This document shows, piece by piece, positions 37,502 through 47,854 of a stretch of DNA of 64,000 bases (positions are counted from its first letter, which is position 1; each line of letters opens with the position of its first letter). This DNA comes from a bacterium (GTDB lineage: Bacteria > UBA6262 > WVXT01). The translations under genes were made by a program, and so were the position numbers. The stretch covers positions 6,344 to 70,343 of the forward strand of contig DATKVN010000010.1 of NCBI GenBank assembly GCA_035530055.1, given 5' to 3'. The notes beneath the pieces were generated by a model, which was not told the DNA's origin, searched no databases, and saw nothing but the letters and a program-made list of their open reading frames with translations.

Positions 37502-38497
37502 CTAATAGACGGCACGAATACACCTTACCCAGTGATTTTTGACTATCTCCCTGAGTCTTGGCTCCTCGGGTTTACAGTCCTCAATAACTTTTGGACATCT
37601 GGGATTAAATTTGCACCCTGAAGGTAAATTACTGGGGTCAGGGACTTGTCCGGGGATTGCTTTGAGTCTTCTCTTCTTACCCTGGGAAGAACTTGGCAGT
37701 TCTTCTCTTGAAGGAAGAGACTCTAAAAGCCCTTTAGTGTAAGGATGTAGAGGATTATGAAAAATTTCAGAAGTTGACGCTTCCTCAACTATGATTCCTG
37801 CATACATAACTGAGACCCTTTGACAGGTCTGGGCAACTATGCCAAAATCGTGAGTGATCAAGACTACCGAAAGTCCCAGTTTCTTTTGTAGTTCAGTTAG
37901 AAGGTTTAGTATCTCTTTTTGAATAGTGACATCGAGCGCTGTGGTTGGTTCATCAGCAATTAAAATTTCTGGATTGGAAGAGAGAGCTATGGCAATCATT
38001 ACTCTCTGTTGCATTCCTCCACTTAGCTGATGCGGATAGGACAACATCGTATCTTTTGGCTTGGGTAGCTTAACCAGCTCAAGGAGTTCGATTATCTCTT
38101 TTTCCATTTGATGAGTAGACAAGTTCTCTTTCTTGTGAAGAATGAGAGATTCAGCAATCTGCTTACTTATTTTGAATACGGGATTAAGAGAAGTAAAGGG
38201 GTCTTGAAAAATGATAGAGATTCTATCTCCTCTTATCTGGAGTAATTTCTCGTCGGATAACCTCAGGAGGTCTTCTCCCTTAAAAAGGATTTCGCCCGAG
38301 ATAACCCTACCCTCCTTTTCCGGAATTAATTTCAGTATGGACAGAGCAAGCGTGCTCTTTCCGCAGCCAGATTCACCAACTATACTTAAGACTTCGTTCC
38401 TTTTCAGAGTGAGCGAAGTATCTCTCAGTGCCTGGATAACTTTTCCTCCTTTATAAAACTCAACGGAAAGATTTTTGACTTCTAAAATTTTTTCCAT
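37502..38497 (-). CDS. Oligopeptide/dipeptide ABC transporter ATP-binding protein (OppD/DppD type)
   Basis: Walker A (GESGCGKST), signature (LSGGMQQRV) and the C-terminal Opp extension with Cys residues. Confidence 0.85.
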   Translation of the reverse strand: MEKILEVKNLSVEFYKGGKVIQALRDTSLTLKRNEVLSIVGESGCGKSTLALSILKLIPEKEGRVISGEILFKGEDLLRLSDEKLLQIRGDRISIIFQDPFTSLNPVFKISKQIAESLILHKKENLSTHQMEKEIIELLELVKLPKPKDTMLSYPHQLSGGMQQRVMIAIALSSNPEILIADEPTTALDVTIQKEILNLLTELQKKLGLSVVLITHDFGIVAQTCQRVSVMYAGIIVEEASTSEIFHNPLHPYTKGLLESLPSREELPSSSQGKKRRLKAIPGQVPDPSNLPSGCKFNPRCPKVIEDCKPEEPRLREIVKNHWVRCIRAVY

Positions 38498-38599
38498 TGC
38501 TATTTTTTCCTATTCAGACATCCTTCTGTTTAAGGGTCAAACTTTCGTTTGACACTCCAAAGGACTAAATAATTTTGGAGTGTAAAGCGAAATCTTTAC

Positions 38600-39436
38600 C
38601 TATTCTGCCATCATTCTGGGGTCGAAGACATCGCGCAATCCTTCGCCAAGGAGGTTATAAGCCAGAACGGTGATAAGAATTGCCAGGCCGGGGTAGAGAG
38701 AAAGCCACCACGCCACAGTAATATAATCTTTGCCTGCAGTTAAAATATTACCCCAACTGGGAGTTGGCGGCTGGACGCCCAGACCAAGAAAGGACAAAGC
38801 CGATTCAGTCAAAATTGCTCCGCCAATCCCTAGTGTGGCTGTAACCAGAATGGGGGCCATTACATTGGGCAATAGATGAACAAACATCACTCTTATGTTT
38901 GACAAACCTAATACCTTGGCTGCCTGAACGAACTCTCTCTCCCTTATTGAAAGACATTCACCTCTGACGAGTCTGGTTAAACCAGGCCATCCTGTCAACC
39001 CGATAACTACCATTACAGTCCAGATATTAGGCTCAAGGAAGGCGATTACCATCAAGATTAAAAAGAATGTGGGAAAGCAGAGCATTATGTCTACAAATCT
39101 CATAATTACAGCATCGAGCCAGCCTCCAAAGTATCCAGAGAGAAGCCCGAGAATACTTCCGATTATAATGGCAATTCCTATTGCTACAAATCCCACAAGA
39201 AGTGAAATTCGAGTCCCGTAGATTACTCTGGAGAGAAGGTCTCTTCCCAGATCATCGGTTCCTAAAGGATGTTTAGTAGAAGGTGGCTCTAACCTGTGAA
39301 GAATATCCTGCTGGTGAGGACTGAAAGGGGCAATGAGAGGAGCAATAACTGCTACCAGTGCTAAGGAGAAAATAATGAGAGCTCCCAACATAGCCAACTT
39401 ATTCCTTCTAAATCTTTTCCAGAAAATCTTCCACAT
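38600..39436 (-). CDS. Oligopeptide/dipeptide ABC transporter permease (OppC/DppC type)
   Basis: 278 aa with 6 TM segments and an EAA-like loop. Confidence 0.85.
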   Translation of the reverse strand: MWKIFWKRFRRNKLAMLGALIIFSLALVAVIAPLIAPFSPHQQDILHRLEPPSTKHPLGTDDLGRDLLSRVIYGTRISLLVGFVAIGIAIIIGSILGLLSGYFGGWLDAVIMRFVDIMLCFPTFFLILMVIAFLEPNIWTVMVVIGLTGWPGLTRLVRGECLSIREREFVQAAKVLGLSNIRVMFVHLLPNVMAPILVTATLGIGGAILTESALSFLGLGVQPPTPSWGNILTAGKDYITVAWWLSLYPGLAILITVLAYNLLGEGLRDVFDPRMMAE

Positions 39437-39462
39437 CTATTTTCCTTTTCAGAGACCTCTTT

Positions 39463-40434
39463 TTATCGATATCTAATGCGGGGGTCGATAAAAGCATAAG
39501 TTATATCGGCGATTAGATTGCCCAATAGAGTGAGAAGAGCAGCAATAACTCCCACACCCATAATTACCGGATAGTCTCTGGCCATAATCGCCTGATAACC
39601 GAGGCGTCCCATTCCCGGCCAGGCGAAAATGGTTTCAAAAATAAATCCGCCTCCAATTAAAGCGGGAAGTGATAGTCCTAAAAGAGTAACAATGGGAATT
39701 AGAGCATTACGTAGGGCATGTCTATATATCACTTTCTTCTCGGACAATCCTTTGGCGCGGGCGGTGCGGATATAATCCTGGCGGAGTACCTCTAGCATAG
39801 ATGTTCTCGAATATCTGGATAAATATGCCAGTCCGCCAAAAGCAGAAACAAAAACAGGTAAGATTAAATGTTTAATAATGTCCCAAAGCTTTCCCCAGAA
39901 AGAAAAATAAGGGAAATTAACGGAATGCATGCCTGAAATGGGAAGCCATCCCAGAACAACGCCAAAAAGTACCATTAGAAGCAAGGCGAGCCAGAAAGCA
40001 GGCACGGAGAAACCCAAGAAAACAAATACTGTCATCCCCTTGTCAAAAAATGAATCTTGTCTCACTGCAGAGATAACCCCTATGGGCAGGGCAATAAAAA
40101 AGATGAGAAGTAAGGAAAGGACGTTTAATAATAAAGTTGCCGGAAGCCTCTCCAAAATTTTTATAATCACCAGGCGTCCGTCTTTAAAAGACTTTCCAAA
40201 ATCGAAGCGCACTAACCGACTTAGCCAGAGCCAATACTGGACGTGGAGCGGTTTATCCAACCCGTATAAGGAGTGGAGACGGGCTTTAGCCTCAGCACTA
40301 ACCTTGGGGCTGAGTCCAGTCAGCATATCGGCAGGTCCTCCGGGAGAGAGATGAACGACTACAAAAGTAATGATTGTAATTCCCAGGAGGAGCGGAATCA
40401 TGAACAATAGTCTGCGAACAATATACTCAAGCAT
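39463..40434 (-). CDS. Oligopeptide/dipeptide ABC transporter permease (OppB/DppB type)
   Basis: 323 aa in the BPD transporter layout. Confidence 0.85.
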   Translation of the reverse strand: MLEYIVRRLLFMIPLLLGITIITFVVVHLSPGGPADMLTGLSPKVSAEAKARLHSLYGLDKPLHVQYWLWLSRLVRFDFGKSFKDGRLVIIKILERLPATLLLNVLSLLLIFFIALPIGVISAVRQDSFFDKGMTVFVFLGFSVPAFWLALLLMVLFGVVLGWLPISGMHSVNFPYFSFWGKLWDIIKHLILPVFVSAFGGLAYLSRYSRTSMLEVLRQDYIRTARAKGLSEKKVIYRHALRNALIPIVTLLGLSLPALIGGGFIFETIFAWPGMGRLGYQAIMARDYPVIMGVGVIAALLTLLGNLIADITYAFIDPRIRYR

Positions 40435-40445
40435 AGTTTCTTCCC

Positions 40446-40946
40446 TTAAAAAACTTTCGTTAAAATAAGGACAGCCATTATAATAGTGATGAATACTTTT
40501 ACTGAAATTGCCGCCACTCTTCCCAGAAAAGCACCCAGTCCAGCAGTAATAGCTCTTTTGGAACCCTCTTTCTTGAACAGTTCAAAAAGGAAAGCTCCCA
40601 CAAATGCACCTACTAATCCGCCCACCAAGGGACCGAGAATAGGCAGGAAAGAACTACCTATAAAAATACCGACAATGCCTCCTAAAAAAGCACCTATCAA
40701 ACCCAATCTTGAGGCGCCATAATGCTTTGCCCCAAAGATATTGGAAAAGAATTCGAAAATTTCACCCACAACTGCCAATCCCAGGAGGAGAAGTAAGAAC
40801 CAGACTGTTATTGTTTGAAAACGGGTAATTAATCCATAAACCAGGGCGTCAGCAACAATAATGAAGGTTCCCGGCAGTCCGAAAAAGGGTGAGATAATCC
40901 CTAAAAGGAGAACGGCTATAAAAGCGATTATTCCCACAATTTCCAT
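40446..40946 (-). CDS. DUF456-family small membrane protein
   Basis: 166 aa, four TM segments, Gly-rich. Confidence 0.55.
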   Translation of the reverse strand: MEIVGIIAFIAVLLLGIISPFFGLPGTFIIVADALVYGLITRFQTITVWFLLLLLGLAVVGEIFEFFSNIFGAKHYGASRLGLIGAFLGGIVGIFIGSSFLPILGPLVGGLVGAFVGAFLFELFKKEGSKRAITAGLGAFLGRVAAISVKVFITIIMAVLILTKVF

Positions 40947-40968
40947 TTTAACTACCTCCCCAATATGA

Positions 40969-41757
40969 TTAAGTGGTTCTTTTCTCTATGTAAATTTTAC
41001 TGCCTTTATTTAAATTCAAACGCTGTGAGGCATCATCTCCATAAAGCGAAATCTCCAAATTATCGAAACTGCCAAATATGGCAATGGGTAGACCTTTTTT
41101 CTCTTCTTGATAGGAAGAACTAATTTTTGATATCTTTGCTTTCCCTATGACTATTTGGAACTTATTGCCCTCAATGAATCGGAGAAAAGCATCCTGGTTA
41201 ATATTGGTAATCAAGTTTCCAAAATGGTCGACATACATAACCTCACCCATTAGACGATTGTTTTTTATTTGAGGCTCAGAAAATTTTAGTTTTTTTATCT
41301 TTTTTATCGCCGTGCCAAATTTCTCTATTTTTTTTCCTCTGGAAAGATGTGCTGCTACCGGAGCAAAGATATCCCGGCCATGAAAAGTGCGAGACACTGG
41401 TTTCAGAAAATATTCTTCATTGGTTATCTGGATAATTCTTTTTATATCTCTTTCTGTGAGAAAAGATAGAACTCCGTTATCGGGTGCTACAAAGATATAC
41501 TTTTCTGTTTCCACTATTACAGATTTCCGCTCACTTCCCACTCCCGGGTCGACCACTATGAGGAAGACCGTGCCTTCAGGGAAATATGGGTAGGAGCTTT
41601 TCAAAAGGAATGCTGCATCGTGGATATTGTGGGATTCTATTTCGTGGCAGAGGTCAACAATTTTTGCCTGGGGATTAATACGATATATTACTCCCTTCAT
41701 AATTCCTACGAAATTATCATTTAATCCAAAATCTGTTAATAAACCAATAACTCTCAT
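40969..41757 (-). CDS. SAM hydroxide adenosyltransferase family protein (DUF62; fluorinase/chlorinase-like fold)
   Basis: 262 aa. IGLLTDFGLNDNFVGIMKGVI...VVDPGVGSERK resembles the N-terminal domain of this family. Confidence 0.7.
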   Translation of the reverse strand: MRVIGLLTDFGLNDNFVGIMKGVIYRINPQAKIVDLCHEIESHNIHDAAFLLKSSYPYFPEGTVFLIVVDPGVGSERKSVIVETEKYIFVAPDNGVLSFLTERDIKRIIQITNEEYFLKPVSRTFHGRDIFAPVAAHLSRGKKIEKFGTAIKKIKKLKFSEPQIKNNRLMGEVMYVDHFGNLITNINQDAFLRFIEGNKFQIVIGKAKISKISSSYQEEKKGLPIAIFGSFDNLEISLYGDDASQRLNLNKGSKIYIEKRTT

Positions 41758-41809
41758 CTTTTAGTATTTGGTAGCTCCGATTCATCGGAGCGTCAAGGAG
41801 TAGCAGACT

Positions 41810-42334
41810 TTAGTCTGCGTCCAAGAATTCCTTTTTCAACTCTTCTGGCAATATCTTTCGATTTTCTAAAGTTACCTCAATGAGTTCTACGTCTTCTCTT
41901 TTTCTAATGGCATCAATAAACTTATTGTGTCTTTCCTGGAGTGTGCCGATTACTCTTTTGGAGCTATCGAGTGCTTTAATTACTGCTTCCTGAAATTTAG
42001 GAGAATAGAGTTCCATCCTTCCAATCTCGTCGATGAGGATAATCTTTTTCTTATCATCATTTACAGCAAGAGAAATGCTCCTCCCGGCAATATTCTCTAA
42101 ATCTTCAATATTAACTCCGTATTTCCCTACTCGATAAGGGCTGTTTAAAGCTTTATAAGCTAAGATTCCCTTTTTACCCCTGAGAGTAATAATCCTGAAT
42201 CCTTTCCTCTCCCCTTGCTGGCGAATCTCCTCAGTATAGAATCCTCCCACTTCTTTCAACCCGCTAATCAATTTCATAATAACTGTGGTCTTTCCCACAC
42301 CGGGTCTACCGGTGAAGAGAATGTTCTTCTTCAT
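41810..42334 (-). CDS. NTPase, THEP1/COG1618-like P-loop protein
   Basis: 174 aa with the P-loop FTGRPGVGKTT. Confidence 0.65.
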   Translation of the reverse strand: MKKNILFTGRPGVGKTTVIMKLISGLKEVGGFYTEEIRQQGERKGFRIITLRGKKGILAYKALNSPYRVGKYGVNIEDLENIAGRSISLAVNDDKKKIILIDEIGRMELYSPKFQEAVIKALDSSKRVIGTLQERHNKFIDAIRKREDVELIEVTLENRKILPEELKKEFLDAD

Positions 42335-42502
42335 TTTTTTCCAGATTATGCTGGCTAAACCTGTAACAGCGGTTTATTATTCGGTAGCCGCAACCTTTAG
42401 GTTGCGTGGAATATGCGCAGGCTAAAGCCTGCGACTACCTAAGAGGATACAAAATTGTTGACAATTGAAAATATTTTCTATATCATATCCCCGTGATATA
42501 AA

Positions 42503-43297
42503 ATGGCAAAAATAATATTTTTAGGTACTGCTGGGGCAGTAGCCTCAGCCCAAAGAGATAATACTTCCTTGCTTTTTATGGATGATTCCGGAGAGAAATT
42601 TCTTATAGACTGTCCCGGAAGTCCTGTAACAAAACTTGCTAAACTGGGTTTCGATTATCGCGAAATTTCTAACCTCATATTAACCCATACTCATGTTGAC
42701 CATATCTATGGAGTACCTTCTCTCTTACATTCCCAGTACAGGTTAGGAAATAAAATAAATATCTTTGCTACCCAGGAATGCCTCCTTCTTATCAGAGGAC
42801 TTATCTCTTTTCACCGGCTTGAAGACCCTGAGAAGTTTCCTGAAGTTTCTTTCCAGACCATACCAACTGATAAGAATAATTTTCTCTTTTTCCAAAAGGA
42901 AAATACCCTCATCTCCTCTTTTCCAGTAAAGCATACTCCTGATTCTATAGGACTCAAAATTTATCTTAAAGATCTCCCACTCACCTGTGTCTACTCAGGA
43001 GATACAGCATTTAGCCGCACAATTGTTGAGGAAGCAAAAGATGCCGATTATCTCATACACGACTGCGCCTGTCCATCACGCTTTGCCAAAGAGCTTGAAG
43101 AAATGCACACCTCAGCCCTGGCTTTAGGAGAAATTGCCGAGGAAGCTCAAGTTAAGACCCTCGTTCCTATCCATTTTTTTACTGAAATCGAATTTAAAAT
43201 GGAAGAAATAGAAAACGAGATAAAAAATAATTTTTCAGGAAACCTTATAATTCCTTCTGACTTCGATTCTTTAGAATTAAAGCCTCAGCTTTCTTGA
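42503..43297 (+). CDS. MBL-fold metallo-hydrolase
   Basis: HTHVDH motif (HxHxDH) and downstream D/H ligands. This is the only plus-strand CDS. A TTGACA-17-TATCAT promoter lies at 42458-42486. Confidence 0.75.
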   Translation: MAKIIFLGTAGAVASAQRDNTSLLFMDDSGEKFLIDCPGSPVTKLAKLGFDYREISNLILTHTHVDHIYGVPSLLHSQYRLGNKINIFATQECLLLIRGLISFHRLEDPEKFPEVSFQTIPTDKNNFLFFQKENTLISSFPVKHTPDSIGLKIYLKDLPLTCVYSGDTAFSRTIVEEAKDADYLIHDCACPSRFAKELEEMHTSALALGEIAEEAQVKTLVPIHFFTEIEFKMEEIENEIKNNFSGNLIIPSDFDSLELKPQLS

Positions 43298-43976
43298 TAT
43301 CTTCAAGAGAGTTCACATTGACCCGCCAGGTATCAATCTTTTGGTAACGTACTTCAAATTTTTTATCTATTAAATACTGTAAGGCATCTCCAATGTAGTA
43401 TTCTCCCATTGCTGACGGTTTGATATGTGGGATGGCTTTAAAGATATCGGGCTCAATAATTAATAGCCCACTTATTCCATAATCAGAAATTTTGTCCTTT
43501 GGCTTCTCCACTATCTTTTTAATCAGATCTCCTTCCCAAACTACCTGACCTGTTGTTTCAGGACTCTCTTCTCTATTGATAAGGAGAGTTGCCAGGGGAC
43601 GAAATTTTAGATGAGACTCGATGAGTTTTGTGAAGTCGTAAAAGGAAACAAGGTCACAATAAGCCAACAAGAAGTTGTCTTCACCGACAAATCCTTGAGC
43701 TTTTGCCAGTGCATCTCCCGTGCCTAATGGTTTCTCCTGTTCTATGTAGGTAAGCTGCGTGTCCCATTGTCCCCCGTCGCCCAGTCTTTCAGAAACGGTT
43801 CCCTGCTCGCCAGGCGAGACAACAATACCTACTTGGCCAATTCCTGCCCTCCCAAAACCTCTAAGGCTGTACTCAATCATCGGTCTTCCTGCTACAGGGA
43901 TTAAGGCTTTAGGAAGCGAATTGGTCAGTGGCCGAAGTCTTTTACCAATACCAGCAGCCAGAATTAAACCTTTCAT
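43245..43976 (-). CDS. Sugar-phosphate nucleotidyltransferase (GlmU/RmlA N-terminal-like)
   Basis: LAAGIGKRLRPLT is a G-x-G-x-R-L-x-PLT motif. The start was set at MKGL (ATG at 43976). The listed upstream extension lies in GGGAGG repeats. Confidence 0.75.
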   Translation of the reverse strand: MKGLILAAGIGKRLRPLTNSLPKALIPVAGRPMIEYSLRGFGRAGIGQVGIVVSPGEQGTVSERLGDGGQWDTQLTYIEQEKPLGTGDALAKAQGFVGEDNFLLAYCDLVSFYDFTKLIESHLKFRPLATLLINREESPETTGQVVWEGDLIKKIVEKPKDKISDYGISGLLIIEPDIFKAIPHIKPSAMGEYYIGDALQYLIDKKFEVRYQKIDTWRVNVNSLEDIKKAEALILKNRSQKEL

Positions 43977-44055
43977 GCCTTCTCGTTCATTATAGAAACC
44001 TCCCTTTCGGGAGGACTCCGAAAAAAGGGGCCTGACCCCTTTTTTACCCCTTTTT

Positions 44056-44814
44056 TTATCCAAACATTCTCCTCAAAAAACCTAAAGGTCTCCTCATCTT
44101 TTTGGCGTAATCTACAATCTTGTATACTTCAATTCCTGTCTTTTTCATAATAAGTTCTATTGCTTTAGTCTTTCCCCCCAGAAAATCTATTAAACCAAGC
44201 TTTTTTGCCTCTTCCCCTAAGTAAATCTTTCCAGTGGATATTTCTTTTACTACTTCCTCGCTTAGTTTTCTGTTCTTGGTGACTTCTTCTATGAAATTTT
44301 TGTAAATGGTATTGAGTTCTTCTTTTAGCAACTCTTTCTCTTTCGGGGTCGACTTCTTATAAGGTATGCCAAATGTCTTGTAGACACCTGAGGCCATTGT
44401 CTCCACGTCTATCCCGAACTTTTTCATCAGCTCAGAGAAGTCGGGTCGAATGGACGCCACACCAATACTCCCCAGGGTACTTAAGCGGTCAGCTACAATA
44501 CTGTCGCAAGATGAGGCAATCCAGTAGCCACCAGAAGCAGCATATTCTTTTATCCAGGCTACCGTGGGCTTTCCCAGGCTTTTGATACATTCTGCAATCT
44601 CTTTACAGGGGAAAGGTCTTCCGCCGGGAGAATTTATTTCCAGAATCAAACCTTTAATCCGGCGATTCTTCTTTACACTTTCAATTAATGGAATTAGTCC
44701 GGCTGAGGATACTGTTCTGGTCATAGCCAAGAAAGGGAAAGACGAAGGAGGGCCTTCCTCAGAAATAACCATCCCCTTAATTGGAATAATTGCAATCTTT
44801 CCTTTTTTAGCCAT
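44056..44814 (-). CDS. sppA: Signal peptide peptidase SppA (S49, 36K type)
   Basis: ClpP/crotonase fold with the catalytic Ser context (ASGGYWIASSCD) and Lys. The start was taken at MAKKGK. Confidence 0.8.
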   Translation of the reverse strand: MAKKGKIAIIPIKGMVISEEGPPSSFPFLAMTRTVSSAGLIPLIESVKKNRRIKGLILEINSPGGRPFPCKEIAECIKSLGKPTVAWIKEYAASGGYWIASSCDSIVADRLSTLGSIGVASIRPDFSELMKKFGIDVETMASGVYKTFGIPYKKSTPKEKELLKEELNTIYKNFIEEVTKNRKLSEEVVKEISTGKIYLGEEAKKLGLIDFLGGKTKAIELIMKKTGIEVYKIVDYAKKMRRPLGFLRRMFG

Positions 44815-44879
44815 CTTATTCTCCTTGTGACAAACAGTCACTCACTTTGTCCTCTCTCCCCTTAGGGTCAGGGTGAGGG

Positions 44880-45085
44880 GGTTCCTTCGATATATCCTTT
44901 CCTACTTTAAATTTTTTGACTTCCTCTTCGGGGATAGGAGAAACCGCCCATGTTCTGGGGTTGCGAGAAAAGAATTGGATTGTCCTGGCTCTTCTCTTGC
45001 GTGCCAGTTCAGGCACCTTAGAGAATCCTTCACCGATCCAGATGTGAAATCCAAAACGCATACTATCTGACTCCACTATCCCCAA
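44880..45085 (-). pseudogene. nfo: Remnant of endonuclease IV (nfo): only about 55 N-terminal codons retained
   Basis: MRFGFHIWIGEGF...FFSRNPRTWAVSPIPEEEVKKFKVG aligns with Nfo MKYIGAHVSAAGG...FTKNQRQWRAAPLT..IDEFKAA. Homology stops after about residue 60 and the ORF ends at 89 aa. Confidence 0.5.
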
Positions 45086-45716
45086 TCTCTCTTAATCCTT
45101 CTAAAAGAACAAACCTTCCCAAAGGTTTAACCTTGCACTGAAAACTTTTGATAAATAAATTGTTGTTATATAATCCTCCACTTAAATAGAAAAATTCAGG
45201 TTCATCTATGAATTTATAGACGTTCTCTGCTATTCCTTTGACAAAGCTTGCCAGAATATCGTTTATCTCATACCCTTCTGAAATCTTATCGAAAATTTTA
45301 GCCATACCTAAAACTCCACAAGTCACTCCCAGGGACTGAGAAGTTTTCTCTATCTCTGATGTCTTTACATTAAAATGGTTCTCCAGAAGCTCAATAGAAA
45401 ATCCTAAAGTTGCTCCACAGAGAGCGTTCCAATCCATCTCCTCATATTTACTACTTTTCATTTTTACATATTTGATGTCCCTACTTCCCACATCCACCAC
45501 CAGAAAATTCCCGTTTCCAATCAATCTCCTGCTACCCTTTTCCAGAGCAACCAATTCATTGACCACTCTATCTGCTTTCAATTTCGCGTTATGCCCGCAG
45601 GCTATATCGAATCTTATGTCACTCTTAAGCAAGTCGAGAGTCTTCATAACTCTATACTCATCTTTTTCTGTGTTTAATATCTTGGTATAACTGGTTCCCA
45701 CATCGCCTAAAAGCAT
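45063..45716 (-). CDS. ASKHA-fold ATPase, BadF/BadG/BcrA/BcrD-like (activase-like)
   Basis: N-terminal LLGDVGTSYTK (phosphate-1), VVDVGSRDIK (phosphate-2) and FYLSGG (adenosine motif). 217 aa. Confidence 0.55.
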   Translation of the reverse strand: MLLGDVGTSYTKILNTEKDEYRVMKTLDLLKSDIRFDIACGHNAKLKADRVVNELVALEKGSRRLIGNGNFLVVDVGSRDIKYVKMKSSKYEEMDWNALCGATLGFSIELLENHFNVKTSEIEKTSQSLGVTCGVLGMAKIFDKISEGYEINDILASFVKGIAENVYKFIDEPEFFYLSGGLYNNNLFIKSFQCKVKPLGRFVLLEGLREIGDSGVR

Positions 45717-45796
45717 ATCGCCTCACTCCATCCAGCGGGTCGCATAAATGCCACCCCCACAAAAAATGTACCTGTCACCTTTTTTATGCACCGCCT

Positions 45797-46525
45797 TTAA
45801 AAATGGTCGCTGTCCCTATTTAAGTAGAGATAAGCTTCGATTTTGCTTTTTACGGAATTATCGAGAACATCGTCAACTTCAACATAAAGTCCATTATGCT
45901 TTTTTGCCAGATATTTCGCCAAGGAGTTCTTGCTGCAGAAAGCCTGTGCATAGAATACCGTAGGCAGGTCCTCCCTTATCATGATTTCCAACTCCAGGTC
46001 TGCGGGAACTCTTGCTTCCATACACCTTGCCCAGCCGAAAACATGGGTCTCTTTAGGAAATAGGTCAAGTATGCTGAAATCATTGGGAGGGACTCCCCAG
46101 AAACCATAATTTGGCTTTACATACTTCAACTTTGACTTATCAACATCTTTAACCACACTGTCCACTATCAAATCAAACTTCTTTCTCAATTCCAGGTCGC
46201 TTTCGCATACTGTCTGGGGATGTCTACGAGTAGCATTATTTTGAGTGGTAACTATAGGCACATTAAGCTCACGCTTAAGAATTTCACTGACGAACCTACC
46301 ATTGTCACACTTGCTATAGCCATTATCGAAAATGATGAGGTCTAATTTTATAGTCAAAGCATTGGCGATAATGCTTTTAATTGTAGCACAGTATATCTTT
46401 GGTAAGTAGGATTCAGCTTTGGTGTTATCAGTAAAATCGAAAAGAGTGTCCAGGTCTATGAAATCGTTTCCTCTATATTTATCTAAAACTTCCTGTGGGG
46501 GAACTCCCACTATGCCTATCTTCAT
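45797..46525 (-). CDS. Hypothetical Cys-containing protein, partner of the ASKHA ATPase
   Basis: 242 aa with several Cys (KCDNG, ARCMEA). I could not assign a family. The last six codons come from the GGTCGCTGTCCCTA repeat. Confidence 0.35.
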   Translation of the reverse strand: MKIGIVGVPPQEVLDKYRGNDFIDLDTLFDFTDNTKAESYLPKIYCATIKSIIANALTIKLDLIIFDNGYSKCDNGRFVSEILKRELNVPIVTTQNNATRRHPQTVCESDLELRKKFDLIVDSVVKDVDKSKLKYVKPNYGFWGVPPNDFSILDLFPKETHVFGWARCMEARVPADLELEIMIREDLPTVFYAQAFCSKNSLAKYLAKKHNGLYVEVDDVLDNSVKSKIEAYLYLNRDSDHF

Positions 46526-47159
46526 CTTTTTTTCCCCTTCTTATTAACCAGACGCCAAAATATACAATCGGTGTATCTAATAACGCAATTAGTAGTTTGA
46601 TAATATATTGTCCTTTAATTAATGTAAAAACTGGCATTACACCATAAAAAGCAATGGTAATAAAGACAACTGTATCGATGAACTGTGAGACAAACGTTGA
46701 AGCATTATTTCTCAGCCAGAGATGCTTTCCTTTGGTAACCTTGCGCCAGAAATGGAATGCCCAGATGTCGTGGTACTGGCTTACCAGATAAGCAATAAAA
46801 CTAGCGATAATAATCCGCGAGGTGCCACCCAGAATCTTGGTGAAGGCCTCTTCTCCAGTCCAGAAAGAAGCTTTGGGAAAGATGAGAGTAAGTCTAATCA
46901 GTGCCAGGACGACCAGTAGAGTGATGAACCCACTAAAGACCACATATTTCCCTTTTTTTTTACCCCAAACTTCGCAAATTATATCAGTAATGGGGAAAGT
47001 TATGGAGTAGGCAAAAACTCCTCCCGGGACTATAAGACCAGCTATATTGACAATCTTGCTCGCCAGAACCCCGGCAATGACCAGGCCACCGACAAAAATG
47101 GCTATCAGAAGAATATAAATCTTCTCTTCTCGCTGAATAGCCCTTTCAGTTTTTCCCAT
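46479..47159 (-). CDS. Queuosine-precursor transporter, YhhQ/Vut (DUF165) family
   Basis: 226 aa with 6 TM segments. VFAYSITFPITDI and FIDTVVF match the family signatures. Confidence 0.7.
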   Translation of the reverse strand: MGKTERAIQREEKIYILLIAIFVGGLVIAGVLASKIVNIAGLIVPGGVFAYSITFPITDIICEVWGKKKGKYVVFSGFITLLVVLALIRLTLIFPKASFWTGEEAFTKILGGTSRIIIASFIAYLVSQYHDIWAFHFWRKVTKGKHLWLRNNASTFVSQFIDTVVFITIAFYGVMPVFTLIKGQYIIKLLIALLDTPIVYFGVWLIRRGKKDEDRHSGSSPTGSFR

Positions 47160-47169
47160 TCGTTTCTCC

Positions 47170-47533
47170 TATCGTCGATATAGGATAGAATAGCAAAAGA
47201 ACTAAAATTTGTCAATTAAAACTGTCTACTTGACTATTTATACTAATTTTGAGGGTCTTAAGTGGAGGGAGCTTGATTTTCTGGGAAGCTGTGCAGGCTT
47301 TAGTTTTTGGAGTCCTCCCGAAAGGGAGGAAAGCAAAAAGTTGTAGCTCGAGAGCGACAACTCTGCATTGTAGGGGCGGCACTCCGTGGCCGCCCAAATG
47401 AAGGGACGGCACAGAATCCGTCCCCTACAGAGAGGCAAAGCTTACGCTTTGCTGCTACATTTTTGAATAACCCTTGCTTTCGCAAGGACTCCATAGGTTG
47501 TGAAATGTTCCGATGGATCGGAGCTACTCCATA
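47170..47533. repeat. About 360-bp intergenic mosaic of hairpin modules
   Basis: Modules in order: GGAGTCCTCCCGAAAGGGAGG; GAGAGCGACAACTCTGC; GGGGCGGCACTCCGTGGCCGCCC; GGGACGGCACAGAATCCGTCCCC; GCAAAGCTTACGCTTTGC; CTTGCTTTCGCAAGG; CCGATGGATCGGAGCTACTCC. Confidence 0.85.
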
Positions 47534-47839
47534 TTAAAATTGGAAGCTGGGGGTGTCGTAGGTGCACTGGCAGGGGATTTTTTTGCACTTGGGACAGCCT
47601 TCTTTATACTTTTCGATTTCCTTTTCTACATTCACATCTAAAAGGTTGGCTAAACTTAAAAACCAGGCAAAAACATCTCCTACTTCTTCCTTAAAATCAC
47701 TCTTTTTGCCTTCACGAATTAGCTTGGCTAACTCCCCTACTTCTTCAATAAACCAGACAAAAGTCCTGGCAAGTCCTCTCTTCTTGTCTCTGGAATAGTA
47801 GAGTTTGTGCATTAGATTCTGAAATTCTCTTATTTCCAA
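47534..47839 (-). CDS. MazG-like nucleotide pyrophosphohydrolase domain protein
   Basis: 101 aa. EEVGELAK...EEVGDVFAW matches the EExxE...E..D metal-binding pattern. Confidence 0.7.
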   Translation of the reverse strand: MEIREFQNLMHKLYYSRDKKRGLARTFVWFIEEVGELAKLIREGKKSDFKEEVGDVFAWFLSLANLLDVNVEKEIEKYKEGCPKCKKIPCQCTYDTPSFQF

Positions 47840-47854
47840 TTGAACCTCCTTTTA

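Noticed and set aside
43977-44055. Bidirectional terminator (A6-GGGGCCTGACCCC-T6)
   Set aside because: The stem is only 4 bp (GGGG/CCCC), so it is too weak to call a terminator. It is more likely part of the GGGAGG repeat block.
47307-47537. ORF encoding MESSRKGGKQK... (and similar ORFs at 26033-26752, 26443-26769, 26496-26681, 51274-51648)
   Set aside because: These are translations of the CCTCCC/GGGAGG hairpin repeats. The recurring ESSRKGG peptide is a reading-frame artefact of a repeat, and composition is low-complexity.
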